Origin: an uncultured Candidatus Saccharibacteria bacterium
Lineage (GTDB): Bacteria > Patescibacteriota > UBA1384 > CAYJQE01
Direction: 5' to 3'
DNA length: 64,000 bases
NCBI GenBank assembly: GCA_964372245.1
Contig: CAYJQE010000001.1
Span: 11,745-75,744, forward strand
Both the position numbers and the translations under genes were made by a program. This document shows positions 45,317-54,088 of this stretch, one piece after another. The stretch's first letter is position 1, and every line of letters starts with the position of its first letter. The notes beneath the pieces are model-generated. The model saw nothing but the letters and a program-made list of their open reading frames with translations, did no database searches and had not been told where the DNA came from.

Positions 45317-47239
45317 TTGATGGCGGAAAAGGATCCCGATCGTTTGTTTGAGGGTCTCAACGATCGTCAAAAAGAGGCGGTTAAGACGACCGAAGGACCG
45401 ACCCTGATTTTAGCCGGCGCCGGCTCGGGCAAAACGAGGACTCTGACAACAAGAATTGCCTATCTGATCAGTCGCAAAAAGGTCTCTCCAACCAACATTT
45501 TAGCCGTCACTTTTACCAACAAAGCGGCGGGCGAGATGGCCGATCGGGTTCGGACTCTTCTCGGCGTCGAGGGCAATCGAGGGACGCTCCCCTGGCTTGG
45601 AACCTTTCACAGTATCTGCGTCAAAATCCTTCGGAGCGAGCTTGACTCGAGCCGACTTCCCCACTCTCGTTATTTTACAATTTACGACGCGAGCGATCAG
45701 CTAACGCTTATCAGACGGATTATGCGGGAAGAACAAATTGACCAGAAGCAGTACAACCCGAGAATGATCCGAGCTCAAATCTCTAGCGCCAAAAATGATC
45801 TTCTGGATCCAAAGAATTACCTTGAATCGGCCGAGAGCCGGCTCCAGGCAACCATCGGGCTGGTATATACTCGTTATCAAAAAGGCCTGGAAAGGTCCAA
45901 CGCCTTTGATTTTGACGACCTGATCAATCAGACGATCAGGCTTTTTGAGGACGACCACTCGGTTCTCGAAAAGTACCAAAAAATTTTTCTATATATACTG
46001 GTTGATGAGTACCAAGACACAAATCGAGGTCAGTATATACTAATCAAAAAATTAGCCCAGAAGAGGAAAAACATCTTTGTGGTTGGCGACGACTGGCAAG
46101 CCATCTATGCCTTTAGAGGGGCTGATTACAAAAATATTTTGAGCTTCGAATCGGACTATCCCGAGGCGAAGGTCGTCAAGCTCGAAGAAAATTATCGCTC
46201 GACGAAACAGATCCTTGACGCCGCGGCGGGCGTGATCGGACAGAATCGAGAGCGGTCGGAAAAAAAGCTTTTTACCAAGAACCGGCTTGGTCGGAAAATC
46301 AGAGCGGTTGAGTGCCAGTCGGAGCTCGAAGAGGGCGAGTTTATCGTCAATCAGGCGCGGTTTATAGAGGCCGAAGGCCGGGACAACCTGAACGATTTGG
46401 TCGTCCTCTATCGGATCAACGCTCAATCAAGGCAGATCGAAGAGGCTCTCCTAAAGGCTGGCGTCCCCTACCGGATTATCGGTTCGGTCCGATTCTACGA
46501 TCGAAAAGAGGTCAAGGACATTCTCGGCTATTTGACGGCGATCATCAATCCGGCCGATCTGGTTGGCTTTGAACGGATAGTCAATGTCCCGCCTAGAAAA
46601 ATCGGCCAAAAAACTCTGCTGGCTTATCGCCGTTCCCTGATCCTTGGCGATCCGCCGCCGCCAAAAGTCGAGGTCTTTCTCGCTCTGCTCGCCAAGCTTC
46701 GAAGATCGGCCGCCGATCTAAAACCGGAAAAGGCGATCGAGTTCATCTTGAAGTCTGTCGGTTATCAAGACTGGCTCAACGACGGGACGCTTGAAGCCGA
46801 GAGCCGACTCGAGAATCTCAAGGAGCTTCAAAATGTCGCCAGTCAACACGAGACGATCGAGGACTTTTTGGAACGAGTCGCTCTGATTCAGGAGACCGAT
46901 CTCTCAAGAGAGAGCGCTCAAGGTCGGGAGCGGACCGAGGCGGTCAGCCTGATGACGATCCACGCCGCCAAAGGACTTGAGTTCAAAAGAGTGGTCATTG
47001 TCGGTTTCGAAGAGAATATTTTTCCTCACAGTCGGGCCCGGCTTAACCCCGAAGATTTAGAAGAGGAGAGGCGACTTTGTTATGTCGCGATGACTCGGGC
47101 CAAAGAGGAGCTCTCGTTGGTTTACAGCCTCTCGCGGCGTCAATTTGGTCAATTCTTTGCCAATCCTCCATCTCGCTTCTTTGATGAAATACCAAGCCAC
47201 CTTCTCGACAATCAACAGTGGCTTGGCGGCTTGACCTAA
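45317..47239 (+). CDS. uvrD: ATP-dependent DNA helicase of the UvrD/PcrA/Rep family
   Basis: SF1 motifs: I AGAGSGKTRTL, Ia, II VDEYQDTN, III GDDWQAIYAFRGA, IV, V, VI VAMTRAKEEL. 640 aa, so lacks the long PcrA C-terminal tail. Confidence 0.85.
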   Translation: MMAEKDPDRLFEGLNDRQKEAVKTTEGPTLILAGAGSGKTRTLTTRIAYLISRKKVSPTNILAVTFTNKAAGEMADRVRTLLGVEGNRGTLPWLGTFHSICVKILRSELDSSRLPHSRYFTIYDASDQLTLIRRIMREEQIDQKQYNPRMIRAQISSAKNDLLDPKNYLESAESRLQATIGLVYTRYQKGLERSNAFDFDDLINQTIRLFEDDHSVLEKYQKIFLYILVDEYQDTNRGQYILIKKLAQKRKNIFVVGDDWQAIYAFRGADYKNILSFESDYPEAKVVKLEENYRSTKQILDAAAGVIGQNRERSEKKLFTKNRLGRKIRAVECQSELEEGEFIVNQARFIEAEGRDNLNDLVVLYRINAQSRQIEEALLKAGVPYRIIGSVRFYDRKEVKDILGYLTAIINPADLVGFERIVNVPPRKIGQKTLLAYRRSLILGDPPPPKVEVFLALLAKLRRSAADLKPEKAIEFILKSVGYQDWLNDGTLEAESRLENLKELQNVASQHETIEDFLERVALIQETDLSRESAQGRERTEAVSLMTIHAAKGLEFKRVVIVGFEENIFPHSRARLNPEDLEEERRLCYVAMTRAKEELSLVYSLSRRQFGQFFANPPSRFFDEIPSHLLDNQQWLGGLT

Positions 47240-47402
47240 AGCGAGCTCGATCTCGACTGATCACTCCCGGTTTCTTTCGAGCCGTCGAGACGGAACGGGG
47301 AGCATAGGTGAGCCGAAAAAGTTGTGATGATAGATTGTTTTTGCTAGTTTTGATCAAACCGTTGAAGGTCGGTTTAGTGGTGGTAAATGGGGTAATGAGA
47401 TC

Positions 47403-47900
47403 ATGGCTCAAGCTCGATCAAAAGTTCTCAAAACTCGGAAGGAAAAAACGCTCGAAAGAGCGGGAGAGTCCGACCGAGAGCCGACGGTCGCCGAGAAACT
47501 GGCCGAGGCCTTTACGGCGATCGGTCGAGGGGCCAAGCCCGATTCGGCCCTGTCTCTTTTTGCCGGCCTTTGCCAGCTGACTGATCTCCTTAGCAAAAAG
47601 CCGGAAAAGTTTCTTGGTCGAGAGCGAGTTCGAGAATGGCTTTCAAGAATACCGACCGGTTTTTCTCTTGAGATAGTGGCCGAAGAGGTGGTCGAGATCA
47701 AGGCCGTCGTTCGGTCAAACTTTGTTGTTAGCTCGGGCTTTGGTCGGCGGAAGGTCAAGGGCGAATTGCGGATTACGACCGACGGTCACGGAAAAGTCGT
47801 TGCCGTCAAGATCTCGCCGCCGGCTGGCAAGATCGATACCGACTCCTACTCGATTCCCCAACAGGAGGCCGATCCAGCCAAAAATGACCAGATTTTTTAA
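47403..47900 (+). CDS. Hypothetical protein
   Basis: 165-aa ORF with an RBS-like GGTAATGAG upstream. No recognisable domain. Confidence 0.4.
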   Translation: MAQARSKVLKTRKEKTLERAGESDREPTVAEKLAEAFTAIGRGAKPDSALSLFAGLCQLTDLLSKKPEKFLGRERVREWLSRIPTGFSLEIVAEEVVEIKAVVRSNFVVSSGFGRRKVKGELRITTDGHGKVVAVKISPPAGKIDTDSYSIPQQEADPAKNDQIF

Positions 47901-48004
47901 TCGATCGCGGAAGATAGCTAGATTTGCGACATGTTGGTTTATCTGGTAGAAAAACTGAAGAGGGTTTTTTCAGGCAGCTTGCATCTAAAAAGAGGCGCTA
48001 AAGA

Positions 48005-49693
48005 ATGAAAAATGTGGGGGATTTCAGGCCGGTGGTTTTGACTGTCGCAATCGCTTTTATGGTTTTTCTGACAAGCGGCTTTTTTCAGGCGACAGTTTGG
48101 GCTCAAGAGAAGACCGATCCGGTTTCCCAGTCGGAAAGTTCTGACGGTGGTCAGCGGCTGGCTGTCGCCAACGATCTTACGACCGAGACGACAATTCAAC
48201 CTTCTGACCTCTTGGTCGGCAATCCGTCAAAGATCGGGATTTTTTTCAAGCGGATCCGAAGGGCCTTGAGTTTGACCGCCGGCAGTCGGGCTCGGAGAGA
48301 CCTGGAGTTGACCAATCTCCTCCTGCTTCAAGCCGAGCGGTTCGATCAACAGGGCGAAACGGCGGCCGCCGAAGCGGCTCTTGATCAATACGCTCGGCAG
48401 CTCGAAAGCCTTGATCAGACAGCCAACCGGCTGGCGGTTGAGATTGCCGGCGGACCGTTCAGCCCGACTCTGGTCAAGCTCGCCGATGAAATTGCCGGCC
48501 AGTCGCTTTTTCGCGCCTCGCTTCTTGATGACATCAGGGCTTCAACCAAAGGCGGTCAATTGAACGAGAAGCTTTTAGCTCTCAAACTCAAGACTCTCAA
48601 GAAAACCGTCAAGCTCTTGGCCAAAGAAAATCTAAGCTCGGAGGAGCTCGACCAGAAACTCGGTCAGCTTCTGTCAAGGTTCGAATCAAGGAGCGGCAAG
48701 CTCGAAGATAAGCTGATCAAAAGGCTGGCTTTGCTTGGCGACCTCGATTTGGCCAATCGAACCGACGAGGGAGAGGCGGGTGAGGAAGGAGCCGTGGGAG
48801 AAAGCGAGGATTTGGAAAGGTTGATCGGCGACGAGTTTGAAGAGACGGTCGGAGGCTTGGCGGCCGGTGTCCGGCCGGACGGCCTTCTGATCGGTGAGGT
48901 TATTGACAAAGTTGGCTCAAACTTGAGTCGCCATCTCGCTGTTTTGACCGAACTTCACGACCGATTGCCGGAAGTCGCCAGGCCGGCGATCGCTCGGGCG
49001 ATCGAGGTCAGCTCCTCGGTTTCGGCCGAGCGACTGGTTAAGGGCGAAGTCGAGCTTTCCGAGCTTTTGCCAAGATCGGCCAAAGCGGCTATTTCGGTCC
49101 AGAAGGCTCTCGATCGGCTCTCAAAGGACGTTGCCAATCATCCCAATCGGCCGGAAAAGGTTGAAAAGGCGCTTATTCGTTTTGAGGAGGATTTCTTGAA
49201 GGCCAAAGCCAAGGCGGCGAAAAAAGCGGAAAAGGAGCTTGAGAAGGCTAAAGAGTCAAAAGAGCTTGAGTCGGAAGATGGGAAAGCGATCAATAAAGTT
49301 GAGAAAAATAAAATTGAGTCGTCTAAAAATAATGACGGCGACAATAAAAGCCGGCAATCGGACAGTTCAACCGAGGGGAAGAAGTCTGATTCGGCAAGTC
49401 TCTCCTCCGGCTCATCCGATTCCCCCGCCGTTGAGCAATCGAATCAAGCCAGTCAGTCGGAGCCAAAGACTGTAAATATCACTATCAACTCGACTGGCAT
49501 TTGTGGCGGCGCCGTTAGGGCCGAAAAAGATCAAAAGGTGACTCTTAAAGTTGTCAACGCCGGGATTTACCGTTACCGATATGAGATTGCCGAGATTGGC
49601 CTCAAGTTTTCGGTTAAGCCGGGAGAGAGCGAAGAAAAGGTCTTCGAAGCCAAAGCGGCTGGCAATTTTCAAGGCCAGTGCGCTCTTGATTAG
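48005..49693 (+). CDS. Hypothetical secreted/membrane-anchored protein: signal anchor, long helical coiled-coil region, Lys/Glu/Ser-rich linker, C-terminal Cys-containing beta domain
   Basis: N-terminal hydrophobic helix (VVLTVAIAFMVFLTSGFF), ~400 aa of helical repeats and a terminal INSTGICGG...VKPGESEEKVFEA...GQCAL module. Confidence 0.5.
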   Translation: MKNVGDFRPVVLTVAIAFMVFLTSGFFQATVWAQEKTDPVSQSESSDGGQRLAVANDLTTETTIQPSDLLVGNPSKIGIFFKRIRRALSLTAGSRARRDLELTNLLLLQAERFDQQGETAAAEAALDQYARQLESLDQTANRLAVEIAGGPFSPTLVKLADEIAGQSLFRASLLDDIRASTKGGQLNEKLLALKLKTLKKTVKLLAKENLSSEELDQKLGQLLSRFESRSGKLEDKLIKRLALLGDLDLANRTDEGEAGEEGAVGESEDLERLIGDEFEETVGGLAAGVRPDGLLIGEVIDKVGSNLSRHLAVLTELHDRLPEVARPAIARAIEVSSSVSAERLVKGEVELSELLPRSAKAAISVQKALDRLSKDVANHPNRPEKVEKALIRFEEDFLKAKAKAAKKAEKELEKAKESKELESEDGKAINKVEKNKIESSKNNDGDNKSRQSDSSTEGKKSDSASLSSGSSDSPAVEQSNQASQSEPKTVNITINSTGICGGAVRAEKDQKVTLKVVNAGIYRYRYEIAEIGLKFSVKPGESEEKVFEAKAAGNFQGQCALD

Positions 49694-49770
49694 CTCGACC
49701 CTTGACGACAAAAGGCCTTTTGAACTACAATGGGTTTTGTAGTACCTCATAATGTCAGGGAGGAGTCAAA

Positions 49771-49992
49771 ATGTCAGAAGTCACCGAGTGGGAGTTCTAT
49801 TCGGTTACCGATAGGGCGAAGGTTCGACGGCCGGTCGAGGGAAAGGTAACTTATGTGCGCCAAACTTCGAAGGGCGAGCGAAAAAGTTACGCTTTCAGGG
49901 GCAAAACGACCGGCGGCAAAAGCCTGACCGCCTTTGTTGGCGAGGATGTCTATAACCGGAGCGACGCCGGGGAACAGGTAATCCGGAAGTAG
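49771..49992 (+). CDS. Small hypothetical protein (73 aa)
   Basis: Strong SD (GGGAGGAG) 7 nt upstream. Basic, beta-rich sequence. Confidence 0.4.
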   Translation: MSEVTEWEFYSVTDRAKVRRPVEGKVTYVRQTSKGERKSYAFRGKTTGGKSLTAFVGEDVYNRSDAGEQVIRK

Positions 49993-50353
49993 AGCTTTAT
50001 AAGCGGTCAGGATAACACTCCAAGGCGGCATTCGGCTCTCTTTCTTGTTGTTGCGAGTCTTGGGGGATGTTTCGGGCTTGGAGGTTCAAGGTCGAGGTTG
50101 GCCAGTTTTTGGGGTCGCTTCTAAAGTTTGTCTTGAAGCTCCAATCGGTCTTTTGTCTTTGACCTCGATCTTTGATTTTGCTAAAAGTCATGACCACCGG
50201 CCTGGTTTTTAAAGCCCGGAAGCTTGGTCGGCAGGTAATTGAATTGAGGCCTCGAAAAATAAATTTTCCGATTGATTGGCGACGGGCCGGTCTGTCGGGT
50301 CAAAGAATTAGGTTGACATCCGGCCGCCCGGATAATAGACTTTTCGTCAGGCC

Positions 50354-51841
50354 ATGAAACGTTCGGAATTGGTTCTAGGTTTTCTCCGGTTGCCGGTTGA
50401 CATTTTGATGGTTTTTTTGGCCGCGGTCCTGGCTTATAAAGTCAGACTTGGGTTGGAGATCTCGTCAATCTCTTTTTTGAACTTAAAGCCGGTTTCGATT
50501 TTTCCGGGCGGAATAGTTCCTTATGACCAATACTTGAGGGCCGTTTTTTTTCTGGTCCCGATAATCGTGGCCCTCTTCGCTTATCAAGGGCTTTATAGTC
50601 TTAGGGCGAGACAGAAACTCATCGATGAGCTTTTCCGAATCAGTTTTTCGCTTCTTGTTTCCGTCATGCTCGCCTCGGTCGCCATCTTCTTTGGTCAAGT
50701 CTTTGATCTCTCCCGTTTAATAGTTCTCGCTGGTCTTGTCTTGGCGATAATCTTTGTCTCTTTCGGGAGGGTAGCCCTCCGATTGATCAGAAGACTGATC
50801 TACGCCCTTGGCTTTGGGACGAAAAAAGTTTTGCTTATCGGCGGCGGTCCTCAAACTTGGCCGATGGTTGAAGAGATATTGGGCGATCCGGGGGCGGGTT
50901 TCAGCCTTTTGGGCATTGTCTATTCGAGACCCGGTTTGATTGGCGACCTTGCCGGACTCGAGCGGCATATTGTCGGACGAATCGGCGAGATCGGTCGCCT
51001 GACCAAGGAATTGAAACCGGATGAGATCATCGTTTCCGATCCGAGTCTTTCCCAGAAAAAGATCAATGAGCTCCTGGAGATTTCGAGACTTTCGCAAATT
51101 GATTTTCGCTATACGCCAAACCTCTTTGACGTTCGGACGAAAAATGTCGAGCTTTCTTTCTTTGGCGGCGTCCCGCTGGTCGGCTTTCGACGGACGCCGC
51201 TTGAAGGTTGGGGCCGGATCGTTAAGCGTCTGATCGATCTTTTTGGCAGTCTTTTTTCAATCATTCTGCTCTCGCCCGTGTTTCTGGTCGTCGCCCTATT
51301 GGTCAAAGCGACCAGTCGGGGCCCGGTCATTTATAAGAACATTCGGCTAGGGCCGAAGGGTGAATTTTCGGTTTATAAATTTCGGACCATGAAGCTCGAA
51401 TTTTCGACCGGAGAGGACTACGGCGGCAAATGGGCCGAGCTTTTTGAGCGAAAGCTGATCAAAAGACAGAGCGGGCGAGCGGGCGGAATTTACAAAATCG
51501 CCGATGATCCGAGAGTTACTCGACTCGGGTTTTTTTTCCGACTGACTTCGCTTGACGAGTTGCCCCAGCTCTTTAATGTTCTTCTTGGCTCGATGAGCCT
51601 GATCGGCCCGAGACCGCATCAGCCGAGAGAGGTGAAATACTTTGCCAAGAGTTATCAAAGACTGATGGCGGTCAAACCGGGCATCACCGGTCTGGCGCAG
51701 GTTTCCGGCCGGTCTGATCTCTCAACCGACGAGGAGATGAGGCTTGAGAGCTATTATGTCGAGCAGTGGTCGCCCTGGCTTGACCTGGTGATTTTTTTCC
51801 GGACGCCAGCCGCCATTTTTAATCGCCGACGGACCGTTTAG
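50354..51841 (+). CDS. Polyprenyl-phosphate sugar-phosphate transferase (WbaP/bacterial sugar transferase family), initiating polysaccharide biosynthesis
   Basis: N-terminal TM block plus the C-terminal Bac_transf domain (LSPVFLVVALLVKATSRGPVIYKNIRLGPKGEFSVYKFRTM, DELPQLFNVLLGSMSLIGPRP). Confidence 0.8.
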   Translation: MKRSELVLGFLRLPVDILMVFLAAVLAYKVRLGLEISSISFLNLKPVSIFPGGIVPYDQYLRAVFFLVPIIVALFAYQGLYSLRARQKLIDELFRISFSLLVSVMLASVAIFFGQVFDLSRLIVLAGLVLAIIFVSFGRVALRLIRRLIYALGFGTKKVLLIGGGPQTWPMVEEILGDPGAGFSLLGIVYSRPGLIGDLAGLERHIVGRIGEIGRLTKELKPDEIIVSDPSLSQKKINELLEISRLSQIDFRYTPNLFDVRTKNVELSFFGGVPLVGFRRTPLEGWGRIVKRLIDLFGSLFSIILLSPVFLVVALLVKATSRGPVIYKNIRLGPKGEFSVYKFRTMKLEFSTGEDYGGKWAELFERKLIKRQSGRAGGIYKIADDPRVTRLGFFFRLTSLDELPQLFNVLLGSMSLIGPRPHQPREVKYFAKSYQRLMAVKPGITGLAQVSGRSDLSTDEEMRLESYYVEQWSPWLDLVIFFRTPAAIFNRRRTV

Positions 51842-51896
51842 TTGAGATAGCAATCGGCATGAAAAGCGAGACGAAAACCCTAAAAACGGCCCCTTT

Positions 51897-52994
51897 TTGA
51901 TGAAACCGAAGCGGGTTGCCTTGGTTCATGAATATTATCTCGCGGCAAAACAGGGCGGCGCCGAGCGAGTCCTTCGAGACTTTGTCGAGCTTTTCCCCGA
52001 AGCCGAGCTCTTTTTTCTGCTGGCTGACGAAGATCAACTGAAAAAAGATTTTCCAAACTCTCGCTATCGGCTCTCTTTCTTGCAGGCCAAGCCCTTTGTT
52101 CAGTCTCGGCTTGATTGGTATCGGGCTCTGATGCCAATGGCGATTGAAGATTTCGATTTCCGAGGCTTTGAACTTGTGATTTCGAACTCTCATTCCTACG
52201 CCAAAGGCATTATCACCAAACCGGAAACGACTCATATCTGCTACTGTTTGACGCCGACTCGCTTTCTCTGGCTCAATCAACAGGATCACCTTAATCGAGC
52301 CGGTTTTTCTTGGCTCGAACGGCGACTGGCCAGGCCGGTTCTTGATTTCCAACGCCGTTGGGATAAGGCTGCCTCGATGCGGGTTGATCACTATGTTGGC
52401 ATCTCGAAGGCGGTCCAGAAGAGGATCAAGGACCTCTATGATCGTTCTTCTCGTCTCATTTACCCGGCGATAGATATCAAAGAATTTCAGGCCGGAGATA
52501 AGGATGGCGACTTCTTTCTCTTGGTTGCCCGGCTCGAGCCGCACAAGATGGTTGATCTCGCTATCTTGGCCTTTAACCGACTTGGCCGACCGCTCAAAAT
52601 AGTCGGCGTCGGCAAAGATGAGGCCAAACTGAAAAGGATGGCGAAAGCCAATATAGAGTTTCTCGGTCGGGTTTCTGAACCGGAACTCAAAGAGCTTTAT
52701 CAGCGATGTCGAGCCTTTATCTTCCCGCAGGAAGAAGACTTTGGCTTGACTGCCCTCGAGGCTCAAGCCTCTGGCAGGCCAGTCATAGCCTTCGGGGCTG
52801 GCGGGGCGCTTGAGACAATAATTGACCAGAAAACTGGTATATACTTCTCACGGCAAACTTTTGAGTCGCTTATCGCGGTGGTTAAACGGTTCGAGAGGAA
52901 AAGCTGGGATAAGAAGACGATTAGAGTTCAGGCCGAGCAATTCGGAAAAAAGTCTTTCAAAAAGGCCTGGTTGAGCTACATCGCAAGCCTTTGA
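51897..52994 (+). CDS. Glycosyltransferase family 4
   Basis: GT4 C-terminal domain (FFLLVARLEPHKMVDLAILAF, EDFGLTALEAQASGRPVIA). Confidence 0.75.
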   Translation: MMKPKRVALVHEYYLAAKQGGAERVLRDFVELFPEAELFFLLADEDQLKKDFPNSRYRLSFLQAKPFVQSRLDWYRALMPMAIEDFDFRGFELVISNSHSYAKGIITKPETTHICYCLTPTRFLWLNQQDHLNRAGFSWLERRLARPVLDFQRRWDKAASMRVDHYVGISKAVQKRIKDLYDRSSRLIYPAIDIKEFQAGDKDGDFFLLVARLEPHKMVDLAILAFNRLGRPLKIVGVGKDEAKLKRMAKANIEFLGRVSEPELKELYQRCRAFIFPQEEDFGLTALEAQASGRPVIAFGAGGALETIIDQKTGIYFSRQTFESLIAVVKRFERKSWDKKTIRVQAEQFGKKSFKKAWLSYIASL

Positions 52995-53225
52995 GGCTGC
53001 CTTTGCTCAGACGCAGCGTGGAGACTCCATCCTCAAAATGGCGGGAGGGAAAGTCGCTTTAAAAAAGGAGTCTCGCGTGAAAGGATCAATCGACATATCA
53101 GCCCGACTGATCACTCTCTTGCCCCATCGGCAAAAACTGGCTGAAATCGTCAGACTTTCCTCGAAAGAACAAAGGCGATCACATCTCACTAATTACTTCT
53201 TGGCTAAAGACAACCCTGCCTTTAG

Positions 53226-53402
53226 CGGTCAAAGAACTATAACGAGAAGGCCGGGTCATGGATTGAGCGGTTTAACAACCGCCGACCCGATCAAGCCCTC
53301 AATTACTTGGCACCAAGACAGTATTTTGAGAGGCGGAATCTGTTGCTTCAGAAACAGCCCCGACACTATGTCGGGCTGTTGTTCTTCTCTTGGCTCTGCT
53401 AG
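53226..53402 (+). pseudogene. C-terminal remnant of an IS3-family (rve integrase-core) transposase
   Basis: Frame-0 translation ...NYNEKAGSWIERFNNRRPDQALNYLAPRQYFERRNLL... matches the conserved rve/IS3 OrfB C-terminus (W..YNN.RPH.ALGYL.P.E..). Only ~58 codons remain, bounded by stops at 53223 and 53400. No inverted repeats were identified. Confidence 0.45.
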
Positions 53403-54039
53403 TTTAGTTCAAGTGGATTTTTCAGAATATCTAAAGATCTTTCGAAAGAGCCGTGGTTTGGTTTTGGGTCTGTCTTTTTGCGGTTTGCTTCTCGCTCTTT
53501 TGCTGACCGGTTCGCGACCAGATTTTTTTGAGACGGCAACGACTTTGACTCTCAACCGAACCTCGACTCTTGATCAGCGGGAGGTTGATTACTACCTTTT
53601 TGACAACTACTATGGCATTCAATCGTCCGGCTTTTTGGCCGACACCGTTGTCTCCTGGTTGGCTTCGCCGCCGGTTGTGACCGAGATTTACGAGCGGGCC
53701 GGCCTGGTGGTCCCGAAAGTTAACAGCCCCTTTAAGCTTGGGAAGCTTTTTAAGGCCAGAAAGATCATCCCGGCGACGGTTCAGATCAGCTTGCGCGATC
53801 CCGATTCTGAAGTCTCAAAGAAGCTGGTCGCCTCGGCGATTGAAGCGATTAAGGCCCGGACGGAAACTTTCAACAAAGCTGGCGAGCAGACAGCCTCGCG
53901 GTTTCAGGTCTTTGCCGAAGATCCGGTGACTCTCAAGCGCCAGAAGCCCTATCTCCTAAACGGCCTTTCGACTCTGATTGTCGCTTTCGTTGTCTCCATC
54001 CTCCTCGTCTTTGTCAAAGCTTATTTCCCGAAAAATTAA
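53368..54039 (+). CDS. Wzz-like polysaccharide chain-length-determinant protein (two TM helices flanking a periplasmic region)
   Basis: N-terminal DFSEYLKIFRKSRGLVLGLSFCGLLLALLLT and C-terminal LSTLIVAFVVSILLVFVKAYF. The upstream part of the 53038 ORF is a non-coding extension across the IS remnant. Confidence 0.55.
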   Translation: MSGCCSSLGSASLVQVDFSEYLKIFRKSRGLVLGLSFCGLLLALLLTGSRPDFFETATTLTLNRTSTLDQREVDYYLFDNYYGIQSSGFLADTVVSWLASPPVVTEIYERAGLVVPKVNSPFKLGKLFKARKIIPATVQISLRDPDSEVSKKLVASAIEAIKARTETFNKAGEQTASRFQVFAEDPVTLKRQKPYLLNGLSTLIVAFVVSILLVFVKAYFPKN

Positions 54040-54088
54040 GGTCGTCTTTGAACTTGGGCTAAAATAGAGTTCGGAGGTCAGGCTTTCG

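Noticed and set aside
50313-50338. TTGACA-N14-TAATAG sigma70-like promoter upstream of the sugar-phosphate transferase gene
   Set aside because: The spacer is 14 nt rather than 16-18, and promoter consensus in this lineage is unknown, so it is too weak to call.
53038-53367. N-terminal 110 aa of the 333-aa ORF preceding the Wzz-like domain
   Set aside because: - This portion has no coding-like features and crosses the transposase remnant in a different frame.
- The Wzz-like protein most plausibly starts at ATG 53368.
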